Position numbers and translations under genes: made by a program. The notes below the pieces were generated by a model that worked only from the letters and a program-made list of their open reading frames with translations, had not been told where the DNA came from and did not search any database. A stretch of DNA of 63,158 bases, counting the filler, from Asterionella formosa (taxonomy: Eukaryota), in NCBI GenBank assembly GCA_002256025.1. It is 15 parts of 15 records of this genome, joined end to end, with 100 filler letters (N's around TTAATTAATTAA, not from the genome) between each part and the next. Parts side by side here need not be neighbours in the genome. Positions count along the whole stretch, not along the records: positions 23,676 to 25,028 come from NKIB01002865.1; positions 25,129 to 26,481 come from NKIB01002866.1; positions 26,582 to 48,645 come from NKIB01002867.1; 12 more parts are not named here. One strand, 5' to 3'. Positions 24,226-36,609 of the stretch are shown piece by piece (the first letter of the stretch is position 1; every line of letters starts with the position of its first letter).

Positions 24226-25028
24226 TTATGCATCAACTTCAACATCATCATCGGCCTCCTTCCCCTTGGTAAACGTCTCAGGTCCAGGAACTTCAAGAGC
24301 GACGGCCTTCTGGCCAATAGTATCTTCTCCGCCGAAAAGGAGCGACGAACAGCCTTTGATAAAGATGAAGCAGCTGAGGACGGTAGATCCCAAAATTGTG
24401 GCTCCCATGATAGTAAATGCCTGCTTCCAGCCTCGATTACGAAAGGCAAGTCCGAAGCCAACGGCGCCACAGTTGCCTCCTGCACCAACAATACCAGAAA
24501 CGGCTCCAGTAGAAGCTGGGTCAACGTATGGCACAATACCGTACGAGGTTCCACAAGCAGCATCGCAATGGATGCCAAAAACGATCATGACGGCAATGGC
24601 GCCACCGAGCGTATTCGTATGTGCAAAGAGCAACACAAGACCTCCCTCAGCCAAAAGCATATAGGTGTGGATCAAAATACGTCCTCTCATCCCCATTCGC
24701 GCGTTAAACTTGTCAGACAAATAACCTCCTAGACCACGGGCGAAAATATTCATCCAGCCAAAGATAGAGGCAAGGGCAGCCGCAGACTCTGTACTTTGAC
24801 CAAACTTGTCCTTGAAATAAAGGGCGGCGGCATTGTTCATGGTCAACTCAACGCCAAAGCAGCAACCATAGTGAATGAACATAATCCAAGTGTTCAAGTT
24901 TAGGGCACCAGATCGGAAGGATGCAGCGGCCGAAACCGGTTGCATAAGACCATTCTTCTTCAACTCTGTGTAGTTTCCTTTGGGAGCGTCATCTGTGACA
25001 AAGTAGATGACGATACCACAAGTGAAAG
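24226..25028 (-). CDS. NRT2: NRT2/NarK-family (MFS nitrate/nitrite porter) transporter, C-terminal half; 5' part lost in gap
   Basis: The frame is open from the gap: DDAPKGNY..YGCCFGVELTMNNAAALYF..FGWMNIFARGLGG..GMRGR..YGIVPYV..GIVGAGGNCGAV (nitrate signature). Confidence 0.93.
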
Positions 25029-25128
25029 NNNNNNNNNNNNNNNNNNNNNNNNNNNNNNNNNNNNNNNNNNNNTTAATTAATTAANNNNNNNNNNNNNNNN
25101 NNNNNNNNNNNNNNNNNNNNNNNNNNNN

Positions 25129-26010
25129 GTACTTGCTCGACTTATTGCTGTAGACTATTTGTAGCCGCTCCGAAAAGAAGACGGTCATTGCGGCACATCT
25201 CAATTTTGACTCACTACGGCGACATGCAAGGTTGAAATATGCAACAGCTGTTTCTGAACGAATTTACGAATTCAATTGTTGTCAGCTACTCAGCATCCTT
25301 TCCTTCTTTTTCTATATTGTACTTGCTCGACTTATTGCTGCAGACTATTTGTAGCTGCTCCGAAAAGAAGACGGTCATTGCGGCACATCTCAATTTTGAC
25401 TCACTACGGCGACATCCAAGGTTGAAATATGCAACAGCTGGTTTCTGAACGAAATAACGGATTCAATTCCTTATTGTGAGCTACTCAGCATCCTTTCCTT
25501 CTTTTTCTATATTGTACTTGCTCGACTTATTGCTGTAGACTATTTGTAGCAGCTCCGAAAAGAAGACGGACATTGCGGCACATCTCAATTTTGACTCACT
25601 AGCGCTACGGCGGCGACATGCATTGAATGTTAAAATATGCAACAGCTGGTTTCTTAACGAATTTACGGATTCAATTGTTGTCAGCTACTCATCCTTTCCT
25701 TCTTTTTCTATATTGTACTTGCTAGAGTTATCGCTGTAGACTATTTGTAGCTGCTCCGAAACGGAGAAGGCCATTGCGGCACATCTCAATTTTGACTCAC
25801 TACGGCGACATCCAAGGTTGAAATATGCAACAGCTGTTTCTTAACGAAATAACGGATTCAATTCCTTATTGTGAGCTACTCAGCATCCTTTCCTTCTTTT
25901 TCTATATTGTACTTGCTCGACTTATTGCTGCAGACTATTTGTAGCTGCTCCGAAACGGAGAAGGCCATTGCGGCGCATCTCAATTTTGACTCACTAGCTA
26001 CGGCGACATG
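25129..26010. repeat. Minisatellite/satellite, ~190-200-bp unit, about 4.5 copies
   Basis: GTACTTGCT.GA.TTAT.GCTG.AGACTATTTGTAGC.GCTCCGAAA starts at about 25129, 25319, 25514, 25715 and 25909. Confidence 0.92.
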
Positions 26011-27259
26011 CAATGCTAAACGATGCTCAACGAGGACCAACAGTGCTTTATTTCCAATCTGGCAGGCTATTGTAATCTCTACAATCAACAATGACTTAAT
26101 TATGTGTCTACAACATCAACTACTACTACTACGTGTGCTGAATTCTACAGTGTGAATCTTCCTCTTGCATGTGTTTTTCTTTGCCAGTTCAGATCAAAGT
26201 GATATGTCGGAGCGGAAAAAATAATAAGTGTATCGGAATTGGCGACTCTTTCGTTCATTATATGGTGAAAGCAGCATAATATTGCGGCAGAGCAGCATAA
26301 TTTCGCTTTTAAACTGTTGCGATGGCTAGTTGGTCAACATATATTGTCACGAACACACATAATTATTGGTGTGATCACATAATTATTCGATAAGTGAAAT
26401 AAATTTTTGTTTAACCCGAATAAATTAGGGAAAAAGTAGCATAATATTTCAAAAAAGTAACATAATATTTTAGAAAAGTAANNNNNNNNNNNNNNNNNNN
26501 NNNNNNNNNNNNNNNNNNNNNNNNNTTAATTAATTAANNNNNNNNNNNNNNNNNNNNNNNNNNNNNNNNNNNNNNNNNNNNTGGTACCTGGTAATCACCG
26601 ATGAAGTACCTCGTACCAGGTACCGGTACACTACCTGGTACCTGGTACCAGGTACCGTAATCAAGATTCCTCAGTCATCATTCACTACCAGGTGTACACT
26701 CAGGAATACTGGGTGTGCCTGGTAGGCAGGAGTACCAGGTGCGACCGTATCTTGTTGTCCAGCATGCTGTGTTCTCGTTCCTATTTAGTGACGACGTCCA
26801 GACGAAAAGATTCGATGTCGATCTTCTTCTTTGTGCTAGATTTCACGATGGCGATGGTTGGTTCATCTACCTGATTCTTCTCTATCTGTTAACTGGTAGG
26901 TCTTGGTCGTAAAATAAATAATGAAAATGACAGGTTTAGCATTCGTGTTCTTATATTAATTATACAAGATCGCACATTGATTCATAAAAAAATATATGTG
27001 CTTGCATAGGTATAGATATATTCTATAATAAATATATTGTAATTTAGAACATTCAATTTACATACCGGTATATAATTCATGTACTGGCAGTCATACTTTC
27101 AAACATATACGGTAGTGACACAACACACTGTAAAAGAGTTTTCTTCAGTTGACATCGATCATGCTTCGTGTTGCCCATCATGTTTACTATTTTTGTTTGT
27201 CTCATCAGTAATTTCAACCCCTTTCGTCCACATTCAAATCAAAAGTGGTGAACAAGAAA

Positions 27260-28375
27260 ATGTCGACTCCTCAAGAAGTTTTCGACGCCCTTGGCAAGCT
27301 CGGAAGCGCCGATCAAGGTAAGTGGCCCTATTCAAATACAACTGTGCCTTCTCGTTTGCGCAGGGAGGACTAATTGACTTGGCACATCACTCACTATCAC
27401 ATTCACAATCACTCGACAGACACGATCAAGTCCTACATTCACGAGTTACAAACGGAAATCGCTCAGCTAAAAGGAGAAGAAGCGCCCACACCGATGGACG
27501 AGGTGGAGGATGAAGCAGGAAACGAACCCGCCTTTCCGCCCCTCTATGCCGCCGGCGATGACATGGACAAGGCTGCCGAACTCAAAATGCACGCAGCCGA
27601 CATGAAGAGCGAGAAGAAGTGGGACCAAGCGTTGGAACTCTACACTGCTGCTATTCTCTGTGCTCCGCCATCGTCTCTGCTCTACGCCAATCGAGCATTT
27701 ACCCTTCTGCAACTGGACCGCCCCAGAGCTGCAGAACGAGATTGTACTGAAGCCTTGCTGCTAAATCCAGACTCAGCGGCGGCTCTTCGCATTCGTGGGA
27801 AGGCAAGATTGCACCAAGAAAAATGGGAAGGGGCAAGGGACGACTTGAGTCAAGCGCAAACCATTGATTTTGATGAAGGCACTGTCGACGACCTAAAGGT
27901 TGCCTTGGAGGAATGCAAGGAGTTGGAACACATCAAGACTGAACACCGATTGATGGAGGAGCAAAAATTGAAGAAGCGAGCGGAAGAAATCAAAAAGGCC
28001 AGAGAAGAAGCAAAAGTCTATACTTCCCCTCGTGCAAGTGCTGCTCCAGCTGGTATGGGAGGCATGCCAGCTGGACTCATGGAATCCTTGGCTTCCGACC
28101 CCGAGCTTGCGGCAGCCATGCAGAACCCCAAGGTGATGGCTGCTTTCTCCTCTCTCATGTCTGAACCGGGTGGGCCAGCGAGCCTCTTGTCCAACCCTGC
28201 CAAGATGCAAGAACTCATGGCTGATCCAGATGTTGGACCTGTCTTGATGAAGCTCATGTCCAAATTGGGTGGCGGGGCTATGGGAGGTATGCCTTGGGGA
28301 ACAGGAGGAATGCCTCAAAATCATCAAGACGATGACGAAATGCCAGATCTCGATGATTTGCCTGATTTGGAGTAG
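27260..28375 (+). CDS. ST13: Hsc70-interacting protein (HIP/ST13), 2 exons (27260-27317, 27420-28375)
   Basis: A GTAAG..CAG intron at 27318-27419 gives MSTPQEVFDALGKLGSADQDTIKSYIHELQ. The protein has three TPRs (LYANRA..AAERDC..ALLLNPDSA..RGKA..AQTIDFDE), a charged coil, GGMP repeats and an STI1 domain (DPELAAAMQNPKV). Confidence 0.9.
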
Positions 28376-28962
28376 GATATCGTTCGTTGAACTGAAGCTA
28401 TGTGTAGTTTCTGATCCATTATGAGATGTTACGATCACGTGCCCTCCTGAGCTGCCAGGAATCAATACTGTGATTTCCTATGGATTTGTTATACATATTT
28501 TCACTGATTCGCGTAGCATATTTTTTCACCCAACAATACAAATTAACGATGGTAAAAGTTTAAGTTAGTTTGAAATTATTGCATTTCAATTGAGTTCTGC
28601 CTATTAGATTCGAATTACTTTTTAATCAATTCTCGAATGATGTTCATAATCGTGTTCACCTTGTCGTCAAAATAGAGCCTTTCAGTAACCATAAGGTGAC
28701 ATCCAAAACTAAGAGAACTGGAAGCTATCAAGTTCTACAGACACGCTTGAAAGGAACCTAATTCCTGGTGACGTTTGAAGTCTTGATAAAGAATGTAGAG
28801 ACAGCTGAAACCAAGCGCCTGGTGAGGAAGCGAATTCTTCGCACAACGCAGTCCGAAACAGAGCCTTAGTCAAAAGTAAGGACAACGTCTTGCGAAAGCC
28901 TGAGCAGATCTGAGAGAGCAATGTAACTCAAAGCGATGACAAACAATGCGGTCGTCGCGGAA

Positions 28963-29253
28963 TCATGGATTGCAACTTGAATGGCAAGCACCCATATCAA
29001 GAACCACCTCAATACGGTATTGTTCGCTTGGCAGAACTCCAAAATCTTTCAGGCGCCGCTCCTTCTCACCCAATTTCAATGTCTTCAGCGAACCCTTGAC
29101 AACGACAATGAGCTTCCACTTGCCGTTGGGTGTTGTTTCAATGTCGCTCACTATGGCATAGAGGGACTCGACAGATGAGTCAATAGCCACATCTTCCAAA
29201 ATAACCTTTTCTCCTTTCAGAGTCTTGATTTCGAGCTTGCAAGTACCCGACAT
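28963..29253 (-). CDS. Small ubiquitin-like (beta-grasp) protein with C-terminal GACHSSCNP tail
   Basis: The 96-aa ORF aligns by eye with ubiquitin: LEIKTLKGEKVILE / IFVKTLTGKTITLE; SSVESLYAIVSDIE / DTIENVKAKIQDKE; KWKLI / QQRLI; RRLKDFGV / RTLSDYNI; IEVVLDMGA / LHLVLRLRGG. Confidence 0.8.
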   Translation of the reverse strand: MSGTCKLEIKTLKGEKVILEDVAIDSSVESLYAIVSDIETTPNGKWKLIVVVKGSLKTLKLGEKERRLKDFGVLPSEQYRIEVVLDMGACHSSCNP

Positions 29254-30099
29254 GGGAAAAATGTAATGAAGAATTGATCGGACTAGGATCGAGAGAAACG
29301 ATTGTCGAACCAGCAGCTGTAACCCAGCAGAGTGACCATAATTTAGACTTCAACTTACAAGTAATTCTGCACGTCATCTGCCTCCTGCGAATCAACAACA
29401 TTCCAACCCTACTTTATGATGATGTCATCAACACACAAGGCGAGACACACATCTAACCCTAACTCTAAATCAAATCCGTTGTTGGAATCAACTCGCTCCC
29501 TCATAACTCTACCGGTACTAGGTACAATGGTACCTGGTACCGTACCGGTAAATCAACTCTACCAGTCATAAAGAGACTATGGCATACCACACAGTAGCTA
29601 GCTTCAAAACCTAATTGATATACATACTGGTAGAACTGTTCATTATTGGTGGTTTTCATCACTTCGGCCGGAAAAGGAAATAGATAATGGTGGTTTATAA
29701 TTGTTATGTTGGGTTGTTGCTATGATGATGCTGGCAGTTACAAATTTCCAATCCCAACAACTTTGAAAACCTTTGATTAAGATAGGTTGTTTTCATAACT
29801 TCGGCCGAAAAAGGAGAACGATTTTGAGTTTGGAGAGAATAAAGCAACATAAGCAAGACTTGCTTACTATTGCTTACTTTTTGGGCCGCCCCTCGATTGC
29901 CCCGGTCATTGTTGTGTTTTCTTAACATTTCCCTTTTTTGAAGAATAAAATTAGCATAAAACCTAGTACGTCACTAAGTGGTTATCACCATGCATACAGA
30001 CAATTTTAAAGAGTGAATTGATGACATTTCCTATGTAATTTAAACGTGAAGGAACAAAGGTGTGAGACATTGATTCGAGCAACTCAAGACATACCTATA

Positions 30100-30640
30100 A
30101 ATAAGGAGCAGCGCTCTTTATCATCTTTGGTTCGCGCAGCAGTTAAAAACTCATTCAAATCCTACTAAACAAGAAATGGGAAATCATTCTTCATCGTTTG
30201 CTTCTTGATGCTCTGTTCAGCTTTGACATTTTCAGGGGACCTTCTTTTAGAGACAAACTGTTAAGATAATTCCGAAGACATGTTCGATTGAACATTTTCA
30301 AGGCTTACCATATCCAGAAAGCAATCGATATGGGCCATGTCGGAGGCCTCAACTATGGCGCACTTGGTGTTCTATGTGAAGTAGAAGGGATTCCGAGCCA
30401 AGGAAGAGGTAGGCTAGCAACTGCAACAACAGTACAAAAGACTGCGCAAGAGTTAGAGACGAAATGTGCGGCAACAATCATCCCGCATATTTATGTACTT
30501 ACCCCATTTGGCCCTCTATATCAGTTCAATTTATAGATTAGACATTTGCTAAATAGCTACAATCTCGAGAAGTACGCAAAGGAAGGAGGTGAGGGAGCGA
30601 GAACCTGTCGTGTGGGCATTCACGTTAGATAGGTACATGA
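30100..30640 (+). pseudogene. Degraded transposase-like fragment of an unclassified diatom element
   Basis: Broken frame NIFKAYHIQKAIDMGHVGGLNYGALGVLCEVEG..RGRLATATTVQKTAQELE..IP..PFGPLYQF, reminiscent of repetitive diatom TE proteins. Stops on both sides. Confidence 0.35.
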
Positions 30641-30781
30641 TAACTGCTACGTAAATGAAGACAATGAATGCTCTGCCGTCATTTTTTGAAAAATATATTT
30701 TCTAGAACAATAGCAATTGCAAGACGCCATGGTGATTCATATATCACTTCAGAGTGATGTAAATCACTATAGTAACTGGGA

Positions 30782-33700
30782 TTACGCAACAGGTTGTTTT
30801 TCCTCGGAGGTGTCACGAGCGAACTTCGTGTTTCGAATCTTCTCCCACGAATAGATAGCATTGTTACACCTTTGGCAGGCATCACTATGTTCTAGCCCAA
30901 GCTCTCCAATCTCGTCGCCGTAAAACCAGCAACGTTGGCACTTCTTGCCGTCTGCCTTCTTCACTCCAACTACACAGCCACTCAGAGTGTCTGACGTTAC
31001 AATGAATTTTTTATCGCACTGCGATGTAACCTCGGCAACACTGTCAACAAGTTGGATCTGGGAAAGCATAAGCGTAGTTCTCAGCTCATCGACCCCGTTC
31101 GTCTTTTTTGGAGGATGGACAAGCTCTAGGTCACCATCCAGCTTGTTCAGTATTTCTCGAAAGGCCCCATCAGGTGCATATATGACCGCAGCCGCATCTA
31201 ATGATGCACCTATTAGCTTGTCAGCACGAGCAAGCTCTAAAACTTTGTTGACGTCAACACGCAGATTCAATATGAATGACCACTGCTCTTCATCGTAAGC
31301 TTCATACGACAAAAGTTCCGTTGCCCAGCCTCCTTCAAACACACTCATCGTTTCAGTTTTGTACGGCAGGTTTTGCCAGATGTCTTCTGCCATGTGAGGT
31401 AGAATAGGAGCAATGGCTTTTGCCAATCCTTGTAGACATGCATGTAGAACAGTTTGACAACTCCGTCTTCTCGCGTCATCAATTGCCGAGATATAAAGGC
31501 GATCTTTGGCAACATCAAGATAGAAATTGGAAAGATCAACTGTCACAAAACGAAGGAGCTCTTGAGTCACCCGGCTGAATTGATATTCGTCACTAGCTTC
31601 GTCAACCTCTTTCAAGACTGCGCTTAGGCGTCCCAACATCCACTTATCAAGAGAAGGGAGCTCATTGTAAGGCACTGCCGTACTTCCCGGCAGTCCATGA
31701 GGGATGAAATCGAACAAATTCCCAATTAAATATCTTGCAGTATTTCTCAATTTTCTATAACTCTCAAATGTCTGCTTGATAATACTGTTTCCAATACAGA
31801 CGTCACCAGTGTAATCTACGGAAGCAACCCACAACCGAAGCACATCCACACCATATGCCGGTTCGAGCTTCTTGTTGTCGCCTCCTTCAATGACTTTCAG
31901 TGGGTCAATAACATTTCCTAGGGACTTCGACATCTTGAAACCTTTTTCATCAAGTACGAAACCGTGAGTCAAGACTGTTTTGTAAGGAGCTTGATTGTTA
32001 GCAGCCACACTAGTCAAAAGACTGCTTTGAAACCATCCACGATGCTGATCACTTCCTTCAAGATAGAGATCAGCAGGATAGGCAAGTTCACCACGGCTCT
32101 TCGCAACACCATTCCAACTAGATCCAGAGTCAAACCAAACATCCATGGTATCAGTTCCCTTCTTCCACTTGTCCGCTTCGACTTTGTAAATATCAGGAAG
32201 CAAATCCTTCTCGTCCAGTTTCCACCACACATCACTTCCCTGATCAGCAAATAGCGCCGTGATGTGCGCCAGCGTATGCTGGTCCAGCAAGACTTTATTG
32301 CCGGTCTCACGATCGTAAAATACAGGAATAGGAACGCCCCAAGATCGCTGACGAGAAATGCACCAGTCACCACGTCCCACGACAAAAGAGTTTATTCGGT
32401 TCCTACCAATTTCAGGAACCCAACGAACCTGTGGACAGCAAATAGTGGTTAGTACCCAGTTCAACGAAGATCAGTTGCAAATGTGCAGAATCCGAAGAGT
32501 GCGTCAGGGTTAAAAAGCTCGATTTTTTGGTTCAGCAATGTAGCTTTACTACACTCAGACCCTCATAACAAGGAAAAAATGTTCTCGTCACACGCACAAA
32601 ATCAAACTTCAACTTTTGTAACTCACCGTGTCAACAGCAGCCAAGGCAGCGTCCCTGAATCCCTCCACACTTGCGAACCATTGGTCAGTAGCACGGAAAA
32701 TAGTTGGCTTTTTTGTTCTCCAATCATAGGGATATTTGTGACCATAGTCTTCAACCTTCAACAATGCTCCAGCAGTTGTTAGTGCTTCGATCATGGCAAC
32801 ATTTCCTTCACCCAAAACACTCATGCCAACAAATTGCTCGCCCGCCTCAATAGTAAATTTTCCAACATCGTCGACTGGACTCAGCAATGCCAAGCCATAT
32901 TTGAGACCAGTTTTGTAATCCTCCTGTCCATGGCCAGGAGCAGTGTGGACCAAACCAGTTCCTGATTCGGTGGTAATGTAATCTCCTCCGGCAACTACTG
33001 GAGACGTTCTATTGTACAAAGGATGAACGTAGATAGTTCCCGTGACATCAGCTCCAGTAACAGTTGCGATGTGCTGAAAGGCTTCACCATTGAGCAGTTT
33101 TTCCTAATGAAATTTCACAGACACGTTGAGGAATGTGGTACGACAGGAAAAAATATTCAGGGAATAATCGCTTACTCACCGCTAACCTTTCTATCAAATC
33201 CGTAGCCACCAGCAGCTTGCCAGTGGATTCGTGGCTCACAATGGAGTACTGAAGGTCTGCGTTGACAGCCACTGCCAAGTTGGCTGGCATAGTCCAAGGT
33301 GTCGTGGTCCAAACGGCTACTTTGACTGGATCGTCGGTCGAATGAAACGCCTTAATTCCGTCACTTGCCTCTTTTACTGTAAAAGCCACATAAATTGATT
33401 TGGAAATGTGCCCCTCTGGATATTCCAATTCTGCCTCTGCCAATGCTGTCTTGGATGATGGACTCCAATGGACAGGCTTGCGACCACGGTAAATGTAGCC
33501 CTTTTCAAACATGGCACCAAAAACTTCAATCTGAGCAGCCTCGAAATTTGGTTGCATTGTGAGATAGGGATTCTCAAAGTCCCCGAATACTCCATAACGT
33601 TGAAATGACTTGGATTGCTTTTCCACTGTTTCTTTGGCGAACTGAGCAGCTCGGGTCCTAAGTTCAATTGGACTCAGGCCTTCCCGTTCCTTGGATTTCA

Positions 33701-34302
33701 TGTTTTGCAACACCTTGAGTTCAATGGGAAGACCATGACAATCCCATCCAGGCACAAAGTGGACCTGCTTGCCTTTCAATACTTGTTTGCGATTGATGAA
33801 GTCTTTCAGGAGTTTGTTGAGAGCATGTCCAATATGCAAGTCCCCATTGGCATACGGAGGACCATCATGCAAGACGAAACGTTCGGCTCCGTTGGCTTCG
33901 GCTTGCGCAGAGAGTTTGCCGTAGAGGTCGTGTTCTTTCCAGAAGGCTTGAATTTGCGGTTCTCTGATGGCAGCGTTGGCTCGCTGGTCAAAGCCCGTTT
34001 CTGGCAATAAAATTGTAGGTGCATAGATGTTTGGTTCTCTCGTGGGTTTTCCGTCTGCGTGTTATAGACAGAAGATAATGGCGTCGATGAGTAAGCACAA
34101 AAGGAAAGTTGTGTATGGTGGCAATCAGTCCTGACAGTTATAGACGAGGCAACTGAAACGTACCATTCTTAGCAGCTTTTACCGCGGTGGTGCTGAAGCC
34201 CATGCGTCTGATTTCCTTGGTGATAGCCTTGGGCGCAAAGGACTGGATTCTTCCCAGCACAAGGGCTGATAAGAGGATCATAGTAGCACGAGATTGCTTC
34301 AT
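30782..34302 (-). CDS. ileS: Isoleucine--tRNA ligase, organellar (bacterial type), 4 exons: 34302-34164, 34054-33180, 33103-32627, 32428-30782
   Basis: LHDGPPYANGDLHIGH, GWDCHGLP, WTTTPWT, GTGLVHTAPGHG, WCISRQRSWG, EGSDQHRGWF, KMSKS and C-terminal CQRC/CQRC zinc site. Three GT-AG introns join in frame. Presequence MKQSRATMILLSALVLGRIQS|FAP. Confidence 0.97.
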
Positions 34303-34614
34303 GGCCAAGCGCAGTGTTATATTGAGTACCTCTAGGCTTTACCCATGTATGATGGCCGAAACGACAACAGGGGGGCCTCCTGGAGCTGATGGTGAAGACC
34401 TTGATGTAGACTCTAAGGCCAAAAGTTAATTAGATTATGTACCGGTATTACCGGTACATATGTGCATTCACAAATTGATTCTTCATGTTCGTTTTACTCC
34501 ACACATAAATTTTATTCCAATTTTCATGCGTATGTTGTGGATACCATGAAATTCGGCAACCCTGTTAACCGGTACGTACATAGGGTTTTCCAAATCCGGC
34601 AATCAAGTGGGTGG

Positions 34615-34670
34615 TGGTACCAGGTACTGGTACCTGGTACCTGGTGCTCCAGGTACCCTGGTACCAGTAC
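34615..34670. repeat. Dense cluster of iterated GGTACC(A/T) palindromes
   Basis: GGTACCAGGTACTGGTACCTGGTACCTGGTGCTCCAGGTACCCTGGTACCAGTAC. Similar clusters occur at 1141, 1553, 6882, 14844, 17273, 26582, 29510, 39421, 44049, 48846 and 55755. Confidence 0.9.
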
Positions 34671-35157
34671 TCCAAGTGTAGATATTACATACCGATATAC
34701 CCCATCACATACCTGACTTTCTACGACTAATCAGACTTGATTTTTCAACCACCAAAGAACTTATTGAACATACAAAATCAACCGTCAATCTGTGCAACCG
34801 GGTTGATTCTTTCTTCGTTGCCTTACGACATTACCGGTACTGTAGTACTTTTGTTACCACCCTTATCAAGCACCCCCCTACCGGTAGCCGGTAGCAGTAC
34901 AAAGGAAAAATACAACTTGGGTTGATATTTATTAGTGAAAGTCACATAGGTACGTATGTACCTCGAAGTGCGTGTAATGGGAGTTTGTACAGTTTGTAAA
35001 TCGGTACCTTGTACCGGTAGTAGATTTGTCCCTTTAAGGTCGAAACAAATGTATTACCGGTAGTTGTTTGACAAGTTGTACTAACAGTGCAGATCCAGAA
35101 GACTCGCATTCGTTGTCAACACTCCATCAGTATACTGAAGACTACTTGTAGTATCGA

Positions 35158-36165
35158 ATGGATTCTCAACAATCGCAAAAAATGAGTGCACCGAATGTTG
35201 AACAGGTAATGCCAACAGATAACAACGCAGTTCTTGCTTCGCGTCGAACAACCTTGAGACGACAGAGACCAGAAAGGATAGTCCTGAACTCTATCTTAGC
35301 CGGTAGCGTCGCTGGCATTACTTCGACCAGCGTTGTGTACCCATTCGACTTGATTCGAACAAAAATGCAATCGACTGGCATGGGCATGAAGGCTGCTAGT
35401 CCCTTTCAAGTCTTTCAACACACACTCAATAACGGTGGAATTAGAGCACTATATACTGGCTTAACCGTTCCATTAGCGGCACAAGCCGTGTACAAGGCTA
35501 CTGTTTTTGCTGGAAATAATTCAGCCAAAGAGCTCGTGATGGAGTGGAACACACTGGAAGGATCTAATATCAACTATGAGCTGTCGCTGCCCGATATTTT
35601 CTGGTGTGGCTTTGCAGGGGGTGCTTTGAATGCAGCTCTTTTTGTCACACCTGTGGAATTCATCAGAAACCAACTGATTGCACAGCATACGAAGATTGCG
35701 AATGGAGTCATCATGACAAAACCTTTCATGAAGGGACCGTTGGATGTATTGCGATACACTGTAAGGACCAATGGTGTGGTGGGACTTTGGCGTGGCCTAA
35801 GCATCACTGTAGCTAGAGATTCAATTGGATGTGGCTTCTTTTTTGCAGCAATGCATTCTGTGCAAAGGACGCTATCACCGGATAACACTCCATCTATGGG
35901 TGTAACTTTGCTGTCAGGAATTGCTGCTGGGCTCTCCTTCTGGTTCAGCACATTGCCATTGGACACGCTCAAAACGTGGGTACAAAATGGGACTGCAGAA
36001 AGTGCGCGAGAAGCCTTGATAGAGTCCTTGAAAAGGTATGGAACTGTTGGCACTTTTCAGCAATTGACACGGGGTTGGCAAATGGCATTTGGACGAGGAG
36101 CCCCATCGGCATCAATTATGGTACTAAGTTATGATTACACGCACCGATATCTGTCAATTGAATAG
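35158..36165 (+). CDS. Mitochondrial carrier family (SLC25) protein, possibly carnitine/basic amino-acid carrier-like
   Basis: Three carrier signature repeats (PFDLIRTKMQ, PVEFIRNQL, PLDTLKTWVQ) with GIRALYTG and GVVGLWRG, plus ARDS in helix 4. Single exon, 335 aa. Confidence 0.92.
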   Translation: MDSQQSQKMSAPNVEQVMPTDNNAVLASRRTTLRRQRPERIVLNSILAGSVAGITSTSVVYPFDLIRTKMQSTGMGMKAASPFQVFQHTLNNGGIRALYTGLTVPLAAQAVYKATVFAGNNSAKELVMEWNTLEGSNINYELSLPDIFWCGFAGGALNAALFVTPVEFIRNQLIAQHTKIANGVIMTKPFMKGPLDVLRYTVRTNGVVGLWRGLSITVARDSIGCGFFFAAMHSVQRTLSPDNTPSMGVTLLSGIAAGLSFWFSTLPLDTLKTWVQNGTAESAREALIESLKRYGTVGTFQQLTRGWQMAFGRGAPSASIMVLSYDYTHRYLSIE

Positions 36166-36609
36166 GTTTGGAAGCGTCATAGCACATTGCAAGAACTTCC
36201 AGATCATCGGCATTCATTCTCTTTTCTACTTTCCCACATCTCCACAATTACTTATATGGCTTCATATATAAGCTGCGTGGATAGTACCAGGTACTGATAG
36301 TTAACCGTTATAGTATGAATCCCAGTGGCAAAAGCTGATGGTACAGTGTATGTCATAAAGTACATAAAAGTACATGAGGTGAGAAACACTTGGAAACGCC
36401 TTCTCACTTGCAAGTTGTGAGATAAGATAATGTATGGCTTCCTTTGGAATACAAGTCGTTCTGAAACTAATAGCAATATTACGAAATATTTACTGCTCTG
36501 GATGCAATTTTTTAGAATAAGGACGCATATACTGCTCTGGATGCATTTTTTTAGAATATGGACGTACACACCGCTCTGAATATGCACTGACTGTTTCATT
36601 CAATTGCAA

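Noticed and set aside
24131..24732. Long plus-strand ORFs opposite NRT2 (likewise opposite HIP, IleRS, the carrier and LHC)
   Set aside because: They are antisense shadows of real coding sequence with no independent support.
28870..28965. Selenocysteine or readthrough at the TGA ending the Ubl ORF (frame stays open about 30 codons)
   Set aside because: No SECIS-like AUGA..AA..GA hairpin was seen downstream, the TGA is not in a CxxU or GCUG context, and the extension is unremarkable.
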